NCBI GenBank assembly: GCA_016748015.1
Contig: JAAOMT010000009.1
Coordinates: forward strand, 948,459 to 1,012,458
Source: Geosiphon pyriformis uo1
Lineage: Eukaryota; Fungi; Glomeromycota
Length of the DNA: 64,000 nt
Reading direction: 5' to 3'
Numbering within the stretch: the stretch's first letter is position 1; every line of letters begins with the position of its first letter. This document shows, piece by piece, positions 50,001 through 64,000 of this stretch. The notes under the pieces were generated by a model, which did not search any database, had not been told where the DNA came from, and saw nothing but the letters and a program-made list of their open reading frames with translations. A program made the position numbers and the translations under genes.

Positions 50001-51751
50001 CTCGTCACCCTTTGTTGTTTCCTGTTCATGTTAGAGTTAGCCCTTCAAACAACTTTTTGGCAGGTGTGGTTCATATTTTTTCTGGGTGTGATTTGTCTTT
50101 GGGTGGCTCTCTGGTTAGTGCTTTTCATCTTTGGTATGGTACTCCTATGTCTCTGGTACTTAGTGAGACAATTTTCTCCAAATGTGTCTCCTTTCTCAGG
50201 CGTTATAGTATTGCTTTCATAGAACAGCTTTGTGACCAGAATGGCATTGTTTTTGACTGGAAAACTTTCAAGTGTTGGAAAAGACTGGACTCCTGTGGCC
50301 TGGTTCCCTTCTGATTTGATCTCTCTGTACATTTTCTTGGTGGTGTAGCTTCTTCTTCCAGTCATTTTCCTCATGAGGGTGTTGATGGTTCTTCTGACAT
50401 CTATTAGTCTCTTGGTTTTGGTGTTATTTGTAATAATCTGTTGAGTGTAGGTGCTGCCCACCTCTCTGTGTACACAGATGGGTCTCTAAGTAACTTGGAC
50501 ACTGTTGACATGTTAGCTGGTGCTGTGGCTTTCTTTGAGGACATTGATTTGGGTCTGGATGTGGGAGTTTCTGGTTTGGTTTCTTCTACTTTGGCAGAGT
50601 TGCAGGCCATTGCTTTAGCTCTGGAGTGTGTTTTTTCTTTTTGTTCGGTTAACTTGTTTTCGGACAACCAGGCGGCTATTGATGCTTGCAGGTCAGAGTC
50701 TTTATTGGTTGGCCCTGATTTCAGGAATTGTTGTTGGATTGAGTGTCATCACATTGCCAATGTTATTCATCGCAAAAATTTGAATATTAATTGAATTAAG
50801 ATTAAGGGTCATTTGGGTGTCTTAGACAACAAATGTGCTAATATGCTGACTAAGAATGCTGCCCTTTCTGCCTGGCACCTGCCCTACTTGGTTAGTGAGA
50901 GGTTTTTAAAGACTGGTGTTGATACAGTTTCTGGTAATTCAAGGCATTTTGTTTGTGATGTATTTAGGTCAATCTATCGCATGTATTGGGAGATTGGTTC
51001 TGGTTCTTGGGTTGTTCCAGATTGTTTACATACTGATATTGACTGGTTGAGATCCTTTTTGGTGTGGCACCCGGATTCTTACATGATGACTGGTTTTACT
51101 AGTATTCGGACAGCTGACTTTTGTACATATTTCATGAAAGCCCTTTATCATTGCTTTTCTGTTGTTGTGCAGAAGCATCTGTATAATAGAAGTTATTCCA
51201 GTGTAGTTTGTTTGTTCTGTGGTGAGGTTGAAGTCTTATACCATGTCTTTTCTTGCTCTTCTGACACTGATAGTCACACCAATTTGTTGGACACTTACGC
51301 AGCTGCCTGGGAGGTGCATTCTGGTCTGTTTCGTTCTTCTTCATACATATTGCAGTTGTTGTCGACTTGTATTTTGGATGTAACTGTCAATACGGCCCTG
51401 TGTAAGGGCTTTGTTTTCAGCAATTGGTATCAAGAGTCTGTTTCTGTTTACAAAGATTTTAAGGTAGCAGTGGTTAATATTGTGAATTTTGTGTGTGAAT
51501 TTTGTCTTGCATTTCGTGATAATATCTGGCTGGTCCATGTAAAACACCAGGCCATTATGAAGAAGAATAAGCTGATTCCACGTAATGGTTCTATTCCTGT
51601 CACTGTTTCTGGTTTTTCTACATGGCTTTCAGCTAGGGTAATTAGGTTGTTGGGTGTTGCTGATGCACTTGGCATCAATTTTGGGTATTGTAAGTGTTGT
51701 TTGTTTTATGCAAGTGTTGGTGACATGACATCTGTTCATATAAGTGCATAG
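47064..51751 (+). pseudogene. LINE 4 ORF2: AP endonuclease, RT, RNase H, C-terminal Cys/His finger
   Basis: KIATCNV, FTESKL, GGDFNE, IDYVFVS, TNHKAV; QDMHKAYDSV, AGAFVDDT; VYTDGS, LAELQAI, FSDNQAA, KGHLGVLDNKCAN; CLFCGEVEVLYHVFSC. Confidence 0.95.
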
Positions 51752-52271
51752 TGTTGTTCTGACTAGTTTGAGTGTTTGGTCATGTGTAGCAAAGGCATGA
51801 TTCACACCTAGTTTAGATCATTTGTATGATATATAGCACGAAGTGGCGTTTGGACTCCATTTGTTAAACTTTAATAAAAAAAAAAAAAAGATAGTTAATT
51901 TTGAAGTAATAATAACTTAAAAATTTATGATTTTTAAAATAAGTTTTTATTTGAATTAATTTGTAAGAAAAATTATTCTAAAAAAAAAATTTTGAACTAA
52001 AATAAAAATGATTTTAATCAAAATACATTTTTTTAAAAAAAGAAGCTCTTTTTTATATAGTTTGTTATAGTACTATTTTATAATTTAACACTTTTTTTTA
52101 ATTTTTTTAACAAATTAAAAATATATTTTATTGAATTACAAGTTATTTTTGTGACTTATAAATTATTTTGGTAAAATATTAAATATTTTATCAAATTACT
52201 TAATATTTCAATAAATTTTAAATGTTATATAATTTAATATATTGTATAATTTAATTATTACAATTTGATTA

Positions 52272-55200
52272 TTTTTTTTTTAATGTTTAATGAGTAAAGT
52301 CTAAACACTACCTAGTACAATACATCATACAAATAATTTAAACTTGATGTGAATTATGTCTTTTCTATATATAACCAGTTACTCAAGCTAATTAAAACAA
52401 TATTAAGCACTTATATAAACTAAGACAAAATTACTAATACTTAAAAAAAATAAACAAAACTTATACAAACCAAAATTAATACTAAATGCTTTAGTAATAC
52501 TAAGCAATTTGATTACATTAGCAGAAAACACTAAAGACAGCCCAAAAACAGAATCTAAGACTGAGCCATCATAAGATATTAGCCTATTTTTTCTATAAAG
52601 ACATAATGTCTAATACAAACAAACTAAACTTTACTTCTAAAAGCAAGACAAAAATTTTGCACAAAGTTTACCATCTTTTAACATGTAATTGCTAAATCTC
52701 TGAAGACAAAAACAGTCTTTTAAAGCCAATTACTAAAAACAAAACTTTTACAAAAAGCTATATATATTATAGTATTTAAAATACAGGAAAACATTAATTA
52801 AAACACACATAAAGAGGAATGAAAATAACCAAAAAACATTTCTCAAGCAGTTGTATATATGTCTAATAATTGACAGCAAACAAAATTGTTAACCATACAA
52901 GAAAAAACATGATCTGAGACTTTAACATCATCACAATACCAACATAATACACTAAAGTAATGCTTATTATACAGACATTTTTGAATAGCAACAGAAAGCT
53001 AATAGTGTAAAGCTTTTATATAATATGTGTAAATATTAGCAGTAGGCCTACTAGTAAAACCAGCAGCCAAAATATCACACTATAGATAAACTAAGCCAAT
53101 TAATGTCTAAAAGCAAGCTATCAACCAGAATTTTAGAGCCAAAACCAACTTTTTAACATGTATAATAAACAAATTAAAAGATCTCATAAACAAAATATTT
53201 AGAATTATCAGAAACAATATTATTATTAGCTATAATGTAACATTCCTCTAACTAAGAAAAAAAGTACCAAGAAGAAAAAAAAGCATTATTAGTAAGCACA
53301 TTAGCATATATGTTACTCAAAACACCTAAGTGACTCTTCATTTTATGCCAGATAACATTTAAATTTTTTTTACAAATAACATTTACAATGTGCCAATATT
53401 CAATTCAACACTGATTTCGAAAATCTGAATACATTAAACCCAATTCTGTTTTGCATACATCCAAAACAGCCTAACTGTTTGTAAAAAAATGAACTGAACT
53501 AAAAAATGAAATACACTTAAAAGCCAATACAATAGCTTATAGCTTCACTAAAATAGAAAACATCAAACCAAAAATTTTAATATTCAAATCTAAGTTTATG
53601 TCCTCAAAAAAAACCACTGCACCAGTCTTTATGCTAACTTTCTCCAAGTTCTTCAAAAATTTATCTGTATAGATTAAAAGACTATTAGCATTAATATCTA
53701 ACAAATAATTATGAGTTAACTTAATTTTATAAAACTTAAGAATATTTAAAGAGCCAAAAACATTTAAAGAAGAAATACATATAGGAAAAGAAGCCATATT
53801 ATTAAAGAAGTTAACAGAAAGCCTGAACCATTTAGGAATAGAACCACACAGATCCAATTTTTTTTAATACTTGAAAATTTTTCAATTAAAAATAGCACTA
53901 TTTTTACTATAAAGCTAGTTTATAAAAGCAATGTCATATTACCAAAGCAAAAAAAAAAACTTAAAATTTAGACTTGTCAAAAACAGTCAACATAAAAGTT
54001 CTGTTATAAAAATAAAAAATTGTTTATAGGACCATTCAGAAATAAATTGCACTCAAAAAAAATATGAATTACATCTGCCAAAAAATTATTAGAAGAACTA
54101 ACTCTAATATGAACTAAAAAAATTAAAAAATAAAGTAAACACCAAGATAGAACTTACAAGTTATGAAACCTGTGTAAAAACAAATAACTCAGAATCCTAA
54201 CAGAGTTTGTAAAACACACAATGGAAGCCAATTTGCTTTCAGTTTGGACTTGCTCAAAAGTTTTCAAACCATACAAAAATGATGTTACTCATAGAAAGTA
54301 AGAGTATTATATAGTTAGAAAAATAGCCAATCAAAAATAAAAATAGTAACAAAAGAATTCCAGAATTTCTTTAAAAGAATTGCAGGATTCCAGAATTTCA
54401 GAATTTTTTGTAAGAAATTACAGGATTCCAGAATTCCAGAATTGTAAGATTTCTCTAAAAAAATTGCAAGATTTTAGAAATCTTATATAATATTAATTAT
54501 GTATATATAGCAGTAGTATTAAAAACAAGAAATAAAGAATTTAGTACAGTTTTAGTTTAGTATCCCCTTTTTTATCTATTAATTAACTCTCACTTTACAG
54601 ATAATTAATATCTACTAAAGTGAATTTATTAACAAAATATCAAATAAAACATACTTATTATCATCTAATTTATGTTACTATTATTTGTTTGAGCATCTAA
54701 TTACTCTTTTATTTATCAAAATGTCATGTTAATAACATCTAATACTTAATTATACTAAAACAATAGCTCTTGATTATGGCTATTAATGGAATATTAATTT
54801 CTTTTTTTCTTTATTTTCTTTTATTTCTTTTTTTTATTTTATTTTATTTTATTTTTTTCTTTATTTTGTTATTAATTTACTAACTAATTAAAAAAATTAA
54901 TACATAGAGTATTAATGTTAAAAATAGCATTGGTAAAAGACTCAAAAATAAGAGTAGACACTTAGAATTGAAGATAACTTATTAGGAAATACTGACTACC
55001 AAGCTAAGAAAAAAATTAATGGAATATAGATATTCTGGAAAGTAATAGACATCAAAGCATATCAACTCAAGGGTTGAAAAAGGAAACTTAAAACAACATC
55101 TAAAAGATATTACTATTGAATTTCTGTTTATTATACAAAAGACTCAACCAAAAATCTTCAGATATGAAAACCTTTAGATATTACCCAACTACTTAGCTAT

Positions 55201-58200
55201 TGAGCACCAAGTTACAGGTTTGTTATTTGTTTCTACATCTCAAATAATCATCTGTAACAACAGGTAGTAAAGTGCATTACTAAGGAAATTGAAAGACAAA
55301 TCAGATTTTAACTTTAAGCTCTTACAAATCAAAACATCTCATTTATTACATACATTAATAGAAGTAAAGTTAAATTATGTTCTGTAGTTAACAATAAAAT
55401 AGAAAACCACCAACACCAAATATGAAAACTGCTTATCTAAAATGGTTTTCTTCAAAACAAAATTGGCAAAAAACCAGACATCTAAACTTGCCTTAGCCAA
55501 ATTAGACTTTAACAAACTCTTAGTAGATAGAAAAATACTTAAATAGCAATAAGATTTTCTCTTTTTGGCAATGGAAATAGACAAACTGCTAATCAACAAA
55601 AAAAGACATTTAACTCTGCAATTAATAAGAATGGCCACTATTTTATTATTATTAACTGAGATATTATTGATCTAAAAAAATTCACTAGCAATGTTGAAAA
55701 TATGTTGGATAACAGTTTGGCTGCTATTAACTCAGATCATATTATTGACAAAAGCACTAGCAGAAAAAAAAAATGTTAATCCAGCTTGAAATTCTGAATA
55801 ATCAATTTTGGCAACAAAATGAGAATTTAACTTATACCTATATACACTCTTTTGTTTCTTAACTTTATACAGAAGAAGATTATAAAATATGCACCAAAAA
55901 AAAGACAAAAACACTTTTTCTTAATCTAAACCATCATGTACTCAATATTTACTCATCAAACTAAAGTCAGTTATAATTTTATTAATATAATTATTGTGAA
56001 TACTGCCAAAAAATCTAATAAATTTGTCACATATTTTTACTTTAACCAAACTTTTTCTAAGATGCTCTTACTTGACAAAATCATAAGTCTTTTACATGTT
56101 CTATAAAACCAATCAAAGTTTGCAGTTTTTTTCCAAGACATTTTCAATCACTAAACCAATGGCAAAAATAGGAAATTAGGTTGTTATACTCTTTAAAACT
56201 AAAAAATTGTTCTTATGAAAAACATTAAAAGTGCTGTATGTCAAAAAGATTCTATTAGAGAAAATCTTAAAGAGTACTTTATAAGCAGTCTTAATTAAAG
56301 TAATAGGTTTGGTATTTGTAAGAATGCCCTACCACTTATATGGTTTGAGAATCATTAAGACCCAAGTCTTTCTCCAAGTATTGAGTACTAATTTATAAGA
56401 CAAACAAGAATTTAAAAGCACCAAAAGCATATCTAAAACCAATCTGTCATAATGTTTTTAAAGCTCATTTAAAATACCAGAAAAACCAATAGTTTTGCCA
56501 TTAGGCAAATTAGAAACTACACTAATCAATTTATTAAGACTAATCAAACACATTATATTTAAGAAAGTATTATCAAAAACATATTTCAAAGATTGATACT
56601 AATAAGACCAGATCTGTAATCACTTTATGCTTTCTAGTTCAGCCTTCCATAATTACATCTACTTTGGCCTTAACCAAATTAGACTCCAGAATTAATTTAT
56701 TATCAATGATTAAATAGTTTAATACTATTTTACAAAAGAGATGTTCTAATACACTTTTAATAGTATAACTCTTGTTTACTTCAAAATTTTCTATTCTCTT
56801 ATTAATTGCTGACCTGATCTGAAACTCTTTAGCACATTCTAATTAAACAAATAATAAAACTTCCTAACTCTAACTAAAACTAACCTAATGGTATCAAAAT
56901 AAGACCTTTAAAAAAAAATCTTATTACAGAAGCATTAACAGTATCAAGACTGTTTCATGTATCAATTAATAATGTAAATTCATTATAAAAAGCCAGACAG
57001 AAGGCCTTAACAATTTTAGACACCAAAAGTTTTAGCTTATAAAATCTAGATGATTCTTTAGTAAAGATATCATTATAGCTTTTGAATTAAAATTTTTTAA
57101 AAACCCATCAGCTAACAGAGACATAGTTTTATAAACAGTATTCTATATCATATTCAAATCCAAAGATCTTTTAGATATTATAAACTTATCAAAAAACATA
57201 ATAGTATTAGCCATTATTGTTTTTTTGAACTTGGCCCACTTGGTATTATCAGCATCTTTAAAATTAAACTTCTAATAATTCCTATTTGCTTGCTTACAAA
57301 AAGAGTTTAACTATATATCCAATAAACTACTCAAATTTACTAACACAAAAACAGCTTGGTAATCAATATCAAAGTATTTACTAATATCTAAAACATTGTG
57401 ATCTACTACTGTATTGACCAAATTTGAAAAAATAAATACATAATTAATTGTTCTTTTGGTACTTTTTGAATTTTTCTATATAGAATTTTTCACAACCAAA
57501 TTTCCTGATAAAAAATTAATCAACTCCAAATTAAGATATTTTTTAAAACTAGTATATTTGCATAAATTGTTTTCATTGAAATTTCCACTCAAGATAACAA
57601 AAGAGGACTTATTTATAGTTTTTGCTATCAAAAAGTTGATCTCACTAGCTTGAGACAAATGCATAGCTAAAGTGGCACCAGCATATAGTCCCAAAATCAA
57701 AATATACAATTTATTTTTAAAAAGCAGCTTAATAGACAAGAGCTTATTAGCAACTTTTAAAACTTTGTATATATGTTTTATCAAACTAATGTTTATTATA
57801 ACTGCAACATCAAAGCCCAGATAACCAGACTCCAAACCAAAAGTAAATACTTGAATATTATTAAACTTATTCATAATTTATGAACAAATTTTATCTCTCA
57901 ATTTTGTTTTAATAACAATAGAAACCAAATTGTTTATTTTTTTATGCCAACAAATAATATTCTCTTGCTTAGCAAGATTGTTTATACTTCTAATATTACA
58001 CATAGCCACCTTCTAAATAAGATCAATTATTAAAAAAAATAAATGCCAAAGCCTAAACTAGCATTATTCATTCTGGTCAACAGGCTCATAATTATGTCCA
58101 ACAAATTGCTTAAAGTCTTTTTCAATTTTAAAACAACTGAAAAATTAAAACTTATCACTTTTATAACAGTTTCAACACTAATAACTACACTTGAACTCTC

Positions 58201-59965
58201 ACTTATTACTATATTTGCACCTTAATTTTGTGATAAAAGGATTACTAATGGCTAATATCCAAGACTAAACTGAAAAACTGTTGGCCCAAGTGTGTCCAAC
58301 TTCTTAGTTAGCTTAATAACTTGCTCTGTAAAGCTGTTAAGACTGTGTTCAAGAGTGATAAATCTACTATCTAAATCCATAAACACCAGTAGAATAGATT
58401 TTATCTCTAAAAAAAACCAAAACCAACCAAACTATTTTGTGCAAGAAAAGAAGAGAAAAAAAACCTACTAACAATCTTGGCCCAAAAAATATTACCAAAA
58501 GAAACAGAATAAGCAATTGGCACTAAATATTTAGCATAGATAAATACCAGTCTGTTTTTATTTTTCTTTAATAATACTTTACAAAATAAGCCACTAGAAA
58601 AAAGTTTTCTATCTACAGAGCAGCTTAATGATGTATAATCTAGTTTTTCATATTTAATATACTTTGCTAAATCTAAATAAGATCAGTATAAATTGTTATT
58701 TTTTAAAACTGAAATAGTTCTCATAATAGTATTTAATAATTCAGCTAAATTAAAACAAACAACTGTACATCTGGTTTAGCATATATAACTGAATGTTAAT
58801 TAATAACACATGTTTTTCCATTCACAAAACCAATAAAGTTTCAGATATTATAAACATTTGTTCTTATTGGCAAAGTATAGAGCAGTGTTTTATAATAATC
58901 CCTTATGTTCCATGTTTTTTTGTCTAAATCTGCTCTGATAACTCACACAGTATCTTTTTTGATTAAGATAGACCAATTTGCAGTGACTAAATCAATGTAA
59001 TTTGAATGTTTAAACTCTACTATAGTCTTTTGTTATAGTCTTATCAACTGTATATTGATTGACTTAATTATTTCAAACTTAAATAGTACAGTGTATACAG
59101 TCTTAGCAAATGTCTTAATTGGAATTTTTTTAACAACTACAGTTCAATCTGAATGCTCAGCAAATTTTTTAAGATCAGCATTTATCAAAATTATTGCTTT
59201 TTTTGCCATATTAAAAGCTTGAGCCAAGTTTAATTCAAAAGTAAATATTATTCTGATAATCTTAGCAAATTTTAAGGAAATAAAAGCCTCTCTCCCCAAA
59301 ACCATTGATTTTTAAAAATAATTTCCTAACTACTACTAACTTTTTATGAGAAAACTTTTCAACCACTTTATTTAAGCTAATATTCAAAGCAAATGATTTT
59401 TTAACTAAAATATTAATTAAAATTTTCAAAAAAAAAGAAAATTCAAAGAAGTGTCCAATAAAATATTATTATTATTATTATTATTTAAGAAATTAATTTT
59501 TTCCAATGGCTTTTCCAAAGTCTTTTTGGTCTTAACATGTAAATTTTTCAGTGTTTGATTAGCATTTTTGTTATTAAAAGTGGTCTTACTACCATAGTTA
59601 AAGCTAATTTCCTCAATTAGACACTTTTTTTTTATCTCAATACTATCAGACTTAGTAGTATTACCAGCTTTCAAACTCCAAGAATGATCATCTAATCTCT
59701 TAGCAAAAATCTTTTTAGTCTTAATATTATCTTTTAAAACACCACTTTTTCTTTTCTTTCTTGACAGTACAGATTTAAAATCATTAACTAAACTGGAATC
59801 TTTAACAGGATTCTTTATAACAACAATACTAAGACCAATAGTGGCCTTGTAATCAAGCAAAAATGGTTTTAATTTATTATACTGAATGATAAAAAACTTC
59901 TTTCAAAAAACTTTTTGACTCTTTTTTGGAAATTTGAAACAAAAGAAAGAAAGAAATTTTTCATA
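52272..59965 (-). mobile_element. LINE copy 5, full length, moderately eroded, containing a solo LTR
   Basis: Poly(T) at 52272-52281, then 3' UTR, RNase H (53537-53857), RT, endonuclease (57476-58020) and ORF1 (to 59860) collinear with copy 4. Confidence 0.92.
54283..55259 (+). mobile_element. Solo LTR of family A (opposite orientation to the others)
   Basis: TGTTACTCATA...CATCTGTAACA is the reverse complement of LTR A, with CCAAT, GAATTC array and TATA. Flanks ATGA / ACAG are consistent with an eroded ACGG TSD. Confidence 0.9.
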
Positions 59966-60230
59966 ATATATAATATTGTCTTAACTAAATAAAATATAAT
60001 TTACATTTATCATAAAATGTATTTAGTTTTTATATATGTAGATAATAGTTGGTCTTATTTTATTAAGCAATAAAAAAAACTTAATTCTGTAATTACAACA
60101 AATTTAACCATAGATTTTTATTAAACATGCACAAATTCAATATGATGAACTTGATACTTCTAGTGACGTCATGTTTACTTTGTACCAAATATTATCAGAG
60201 GCTTCTTGCTCGAAAACCCTGTTCTGAAAC

Positions 60231-63200
60231 ATGGAAAATAAAGAGCAAATCTCTTTGGAGTCTCCTTTAGTTTCCTCGGGAACAAACTTTTCTAATGTCC
60301 CTGATACTATTACAAGTGACGATTCATTTAAGTATGACAATCCACATAGACGTTTATCTTCGTCAGATCAAGATCGTACTGCAAGACGATCGCGTTCTTC
60401 GTCTCGAATAAACATTTCAGTAGAAGCCCAAAGGGCAAAGAATGCGCACCGTAGTCATACTATAGGACACTCCCCACCACAAACCCGAAACCCGCGTCGG
60501 AACTCTTCAGACTCATTATTTGCAGACCTTGATGATTATAATGCTAGAAATTCAGTGATTGCTGGAAATTTAAGGCGAATGCCTTCTTTCTTGAATAGAA
60601 GAAGGACTGTCACTTCCGGTAATGATGATGTTGAAATGTCAAGTGTGGCTCGTGATAATCTAGTTAGTGAGGCAGAATTTAATCCTTATATCGAGACTGA
60701 AGCAGAGGAAGAGTGTGAACAAATTGATGATAGTGACACAGCTCAGTTAACTGGACAAACAAATATAGTATCTGACAAGCTTAAAGAAAAAGCTGCCTCA
60801 TTAATAGAGTCTCGTTATGATTCTGATTCTGCTTATAACCCTCGAATAGATTCACTTCGACACGCAAAGAGCCTTGGAAGGATGAGTCAAATGCTTGCAA
60901 GGGCCTCTTCTCGCGTCGTTAATCTACAAAATGTATCCAGGGAGTTATTGGAAAGGAATGATATGGATTTTGAATTAGCTATTAGTCTACCTACTAGTCT
61001 ACCTACAAGAACATCCAGTCGAAAAAGAATCGAAAACCGTAGTTCATTGAATAAAGAAATGGGTGAAGACAGGCTTAACTCTAGCAGATACGATGAAAGA
61101 GCCAGCCGAGATAAAACACGATTAAATGGGAAACCACAAAATCCCATTATTCTACAATCTGGATCTCCTTTATCCGGAAAATCATTATTTTTATTTGGAC
61201 CGAATGATCCTTTAAGGTTAAGGCTTTATGAGCTTTTAAATCACCCGTAGGTATAATTATTATATGTTCTATTCAATAATCTCTTTCTAACATTTAAAAA
61301 TTTCAAATCAAATCAATATCAACCATCAGTTGGATGGAATCAATCATACTATGTCTTATTGTAGCAAATGTTGCACTTTTAACTGCACAAGCTTGGACAC
61401 CATTAGACTATGGTCAACGTAAAGATGGGTGGGGACATTCGTGGACTGATTATGGTTTATTGGTTATCTTCATTATATATACGTGTGTATATTGCCTGAT
61501 ATTTGTTGAACTTTAAATGGAAACATGAAAACTTAAAGTTTATTATATCTTTTTCTACAGGCTGGAAATTACTGCACGTATCATTGTATCTGGCTTTATT
61601 ATTAATCCGAAATCGCAGTATACGTTAAATATTACCAATTCATCATCAACCGACAGTAGTTTCGCAGGACTTCCTTCTTATCTTCATTCTCAAATCAAGG
61701 GGAAATTATCACCACCCATAAATCCCAATCTCCCAAAGATTAGTGAATTACCTACGCCCAAATTTGGACAACTTAAAACAACATCAAATGCTCCAAGTTC
61801 TATCAAAAACAGCGCCTTTCTTCGTCACAGCTTTAATCGAATTGATTTGCTTGCGGTTATTAGTTTCTGGATTGATTTGGCTTTGGCTTTATCCGGTGTT
61901 AGACATTTTTACATATTCAAAGCTCTGGCCACATTGAGAAGCTTGCGATTACTCGCTTTAACTAGCGGGAGTGCAACTATTTTACAGTCTTTGAAAAAAA
62001 GTGCACCATTACTTGTCAATACCGCATTTTTTGTTTTCTTTTTCTGGAATTTATTTAGTATCATAGCCGTTCAAGCCTTTAAAGGATCATTTTTACGGCA
62101 TTGTGTTTGGATCGATCCAGAAAAAAAGCAAAACTTTACCCTTTCTGATCAATATTGTGGTGGACATGTAAATGGAACGACTGGGATGCCTTCACCTTAT
62201 TTGGATTTTAATAATCAACCGGTTTTAGATTATGGAAAAGGATATATTTGCCCCATGGGACAACTTTGTTTGGTATTTTTTTTTTTAAATTTTACAAATA
62301 TTCTCAGATTAATTGGCATTTAACGTTATGCTCAAATTTAGGAAACAAAAAATCCATATAATGGAACTGTCAAATTCGACAATATCTTCTCCTCTATGAT
62401 TCTTGTGTTCATCATTTCATCTGGTAAAAGATATTCCTATTTATACTCTCTTGATCTTATACTTTTTAAGTTTCGCATCAATATCCAAATTAAAAGACCT
62501 AAATATAGCATTAATCCTTAGTTCAAAATTGGTCTGACCTCATGTACCAAACTATGGATTCTGATTTTGATTGGGCTGCCTTGTTCTTTCTTGCGGTGGT
62601 GCTTGTATTGAATTTTTGGATAATAAATCTTTTCGTTGCGGTGATAACAGAAATGTTTGCTAAAATTCGAGAAGATACTGCACATTCGGCCTTTACCTTA
62701 TCCAAGTAAGTTAACAATAATAAAATCCTCTATTCATTTTTAAAGATAGTCAAGAATTATCTTTGTCTTAGAACAACCCCAATATTATCGGATAATGACG
62801 ACGGCTGGACTCTGCAAGAGGGTAATAAAATGGCTCGAGTTAATTCTTTGACTCGTTTTATGAATGAAACTAAATATCTTTGGATCCTGGCCATAATTAT
62901 CGACCTGATAATAATGAGTTTTCGAAGTTCAAGAATGAACGAAAATGGCATTGCTTTTTTATGTGAGTTGTTTTCATTTTAACATAGATTATGTAGCCGA
63001 TCCTAAAACAAAATTATTTATTCAAATTCAATTAGCACGAGCTGAGCTTGTCTTCACTCTGATATTTGCCGTGGAGATAATTCTTCGATTTGGTGCTACT
63101 TTGCTTGACTATCGCCTTTTTTTCCGTTCTAAAAAGAATTCTGTGGATTTTGCCATCGCTGTTATTACATGTCTCATTCAACTTCCCAATATCAAAAGTT

Positions 63201-64000
63201 CTCCTGCTTATCCTTACTTAACAGTTTTCCAGATAATGAGAGTTTATCGTGTTGTCATTGCTTGGCCGCGTATGAGGAATTTACTTGTAAGACCTGCTTT
63301 ACCTTGAGATGTCCTTTTTTGTTAAAACACTTGTATATCGACATCTAACACAATTTTTTCCAGATGCGTGTGTTAGGTAGTGCTGTGGGTTTAGCTAACT
63401 TAATATTCTTCATCGTTTTAGTTAATTTTATAACTGCCATTATTGTAGGGAACCTTGATTTTTCCTTGATTTATTTTGCTGAGCTGACTAAAACCTGACC
63501 TTAGATACCTAAAATTAAATCTATTAGGGTATTCAAATAATTCGTGGTGATATACCTAGTGTAGATGATGATGGAAATGAAATCGAGATGCGATTCAGTG
63601 ACATATTCAATGGTTTTATCGCCTTGTATCAGGTATTTTGTTTGATCGATCTAAAACCGTCAAAATTTTCAATCCTCATTTCTTTGCTTTACTTGAGCTC
63701 TTTTCAGGAGAAGATTGGACCACGGTCCTCTATAACATCATGTCATATGAAAATAGTTGGCATGCCTCAACTATATCAGCAATATTTTTGATCACTTGGT
63801 TCAGTTTGTCAAATTGTATGTCTGGCTAATTTATGCATTTGAACATTTCGAATTTGATCTCATCCAATTTTTATTTTTTACTCGCAACTCTAAAGTTGTT
63901 CTTCTTAATATGTTCATTGCTGTTGTGCAAGAAAATTTTGAAACAGCTGAAGAAGAAAAACGAAAGCAACAGGTCAAAGCGTTCTTACGAAAAGCTGGAC
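60231..64000 (+). CDS. CCH1: Fungal four-domain voltage-gated-type Ca2+ channel alpha subunit (N-terminus, domains I and II; multi-exon; continues beyond the window)
   Basis: GKSLFLFGPNDPLRLRLYELLNHP|W, AFLRHSFNRIDLLAVISFW, S4 KALATLRSLRLL, Cys-rich pore loop, pore I QNWSDLMY, S4-II QIMRVYRVV, pore II FSGEDWTTVLY, NMFIAVVQENF; GT-AG introns. Confidence 0.95.

Larger units (their letters stand above)
45324..51885 (+). mobile_element. LINE copy 4, best-preserved copy, both ends intact (about 6.6 kb), poly(A) tail
   Basis: TSD AAAAGATAG at 45315-45323 and 51886-51894 (L1-type T/AAAA site). The 5' UTR matches the 5' end of copy 5. Confidence 0.95.
44856..52271 (-). repeat. Old, eroded B-type LTR (44856-45323 plus 51895-52271), split by LINE copy 4 and cut by LINE copy 5
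   Basis: TATTATTAGAAATTTTTTTGG is a G>A/C>T version of TGTTACTGGAGGTTTTTGG. Later blocks (AAAGTTAACTCTT, AGAAGCTCTTTTTTATATA, GAATTACAAGTTATTT) are collinear with the B LTRs. Confidence 0.75.

Overview
Eukaryotic, fungal, AT-rich window. The intron-rich genes and repeat families suggest an early-diverging fungus, most likely Glomeromycotina (inference). About 85% of the window is nested, decaying retroelement sequence. It holds at least five L1-like LINE copies (ORF1; APE-RT-RNase H-CCHC ORF2) and two full-length Ty3/Gypsy elements (B1, with B2 inserted into B1's protease). It also holds an internally deleted LTR element (family A), two family-A solo LTRs and an old B-type LTR remnant. Three host genes are present: a Gli-type C2H2 zinc-finger/INO80-associated (Iec1-like) gene, a peroxisomal enoyl-CoA isomerase ending in SKL, and the 5' part of the Ca2+ channel CCH1. 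The most unusual object is the Gypsy family, which has a complex-retrovirus-like layout: an AUG-less N-terminal extension crossing the PBS, gag-CCHC, protease, an unknown Cys-rich domain, dUTPase, RT-RNase H, a shared in-frame stop, integrase, and a separate ORF3 running through the PPT into the 3' LTR. It makes 4-bp TSDs that are mostly CpG-centred and has U5 hairpins able to mask the PBS. All repeats show C>T/G>A erosion, much of it outside CpG, that stops at the host genes and looks RIP-like.
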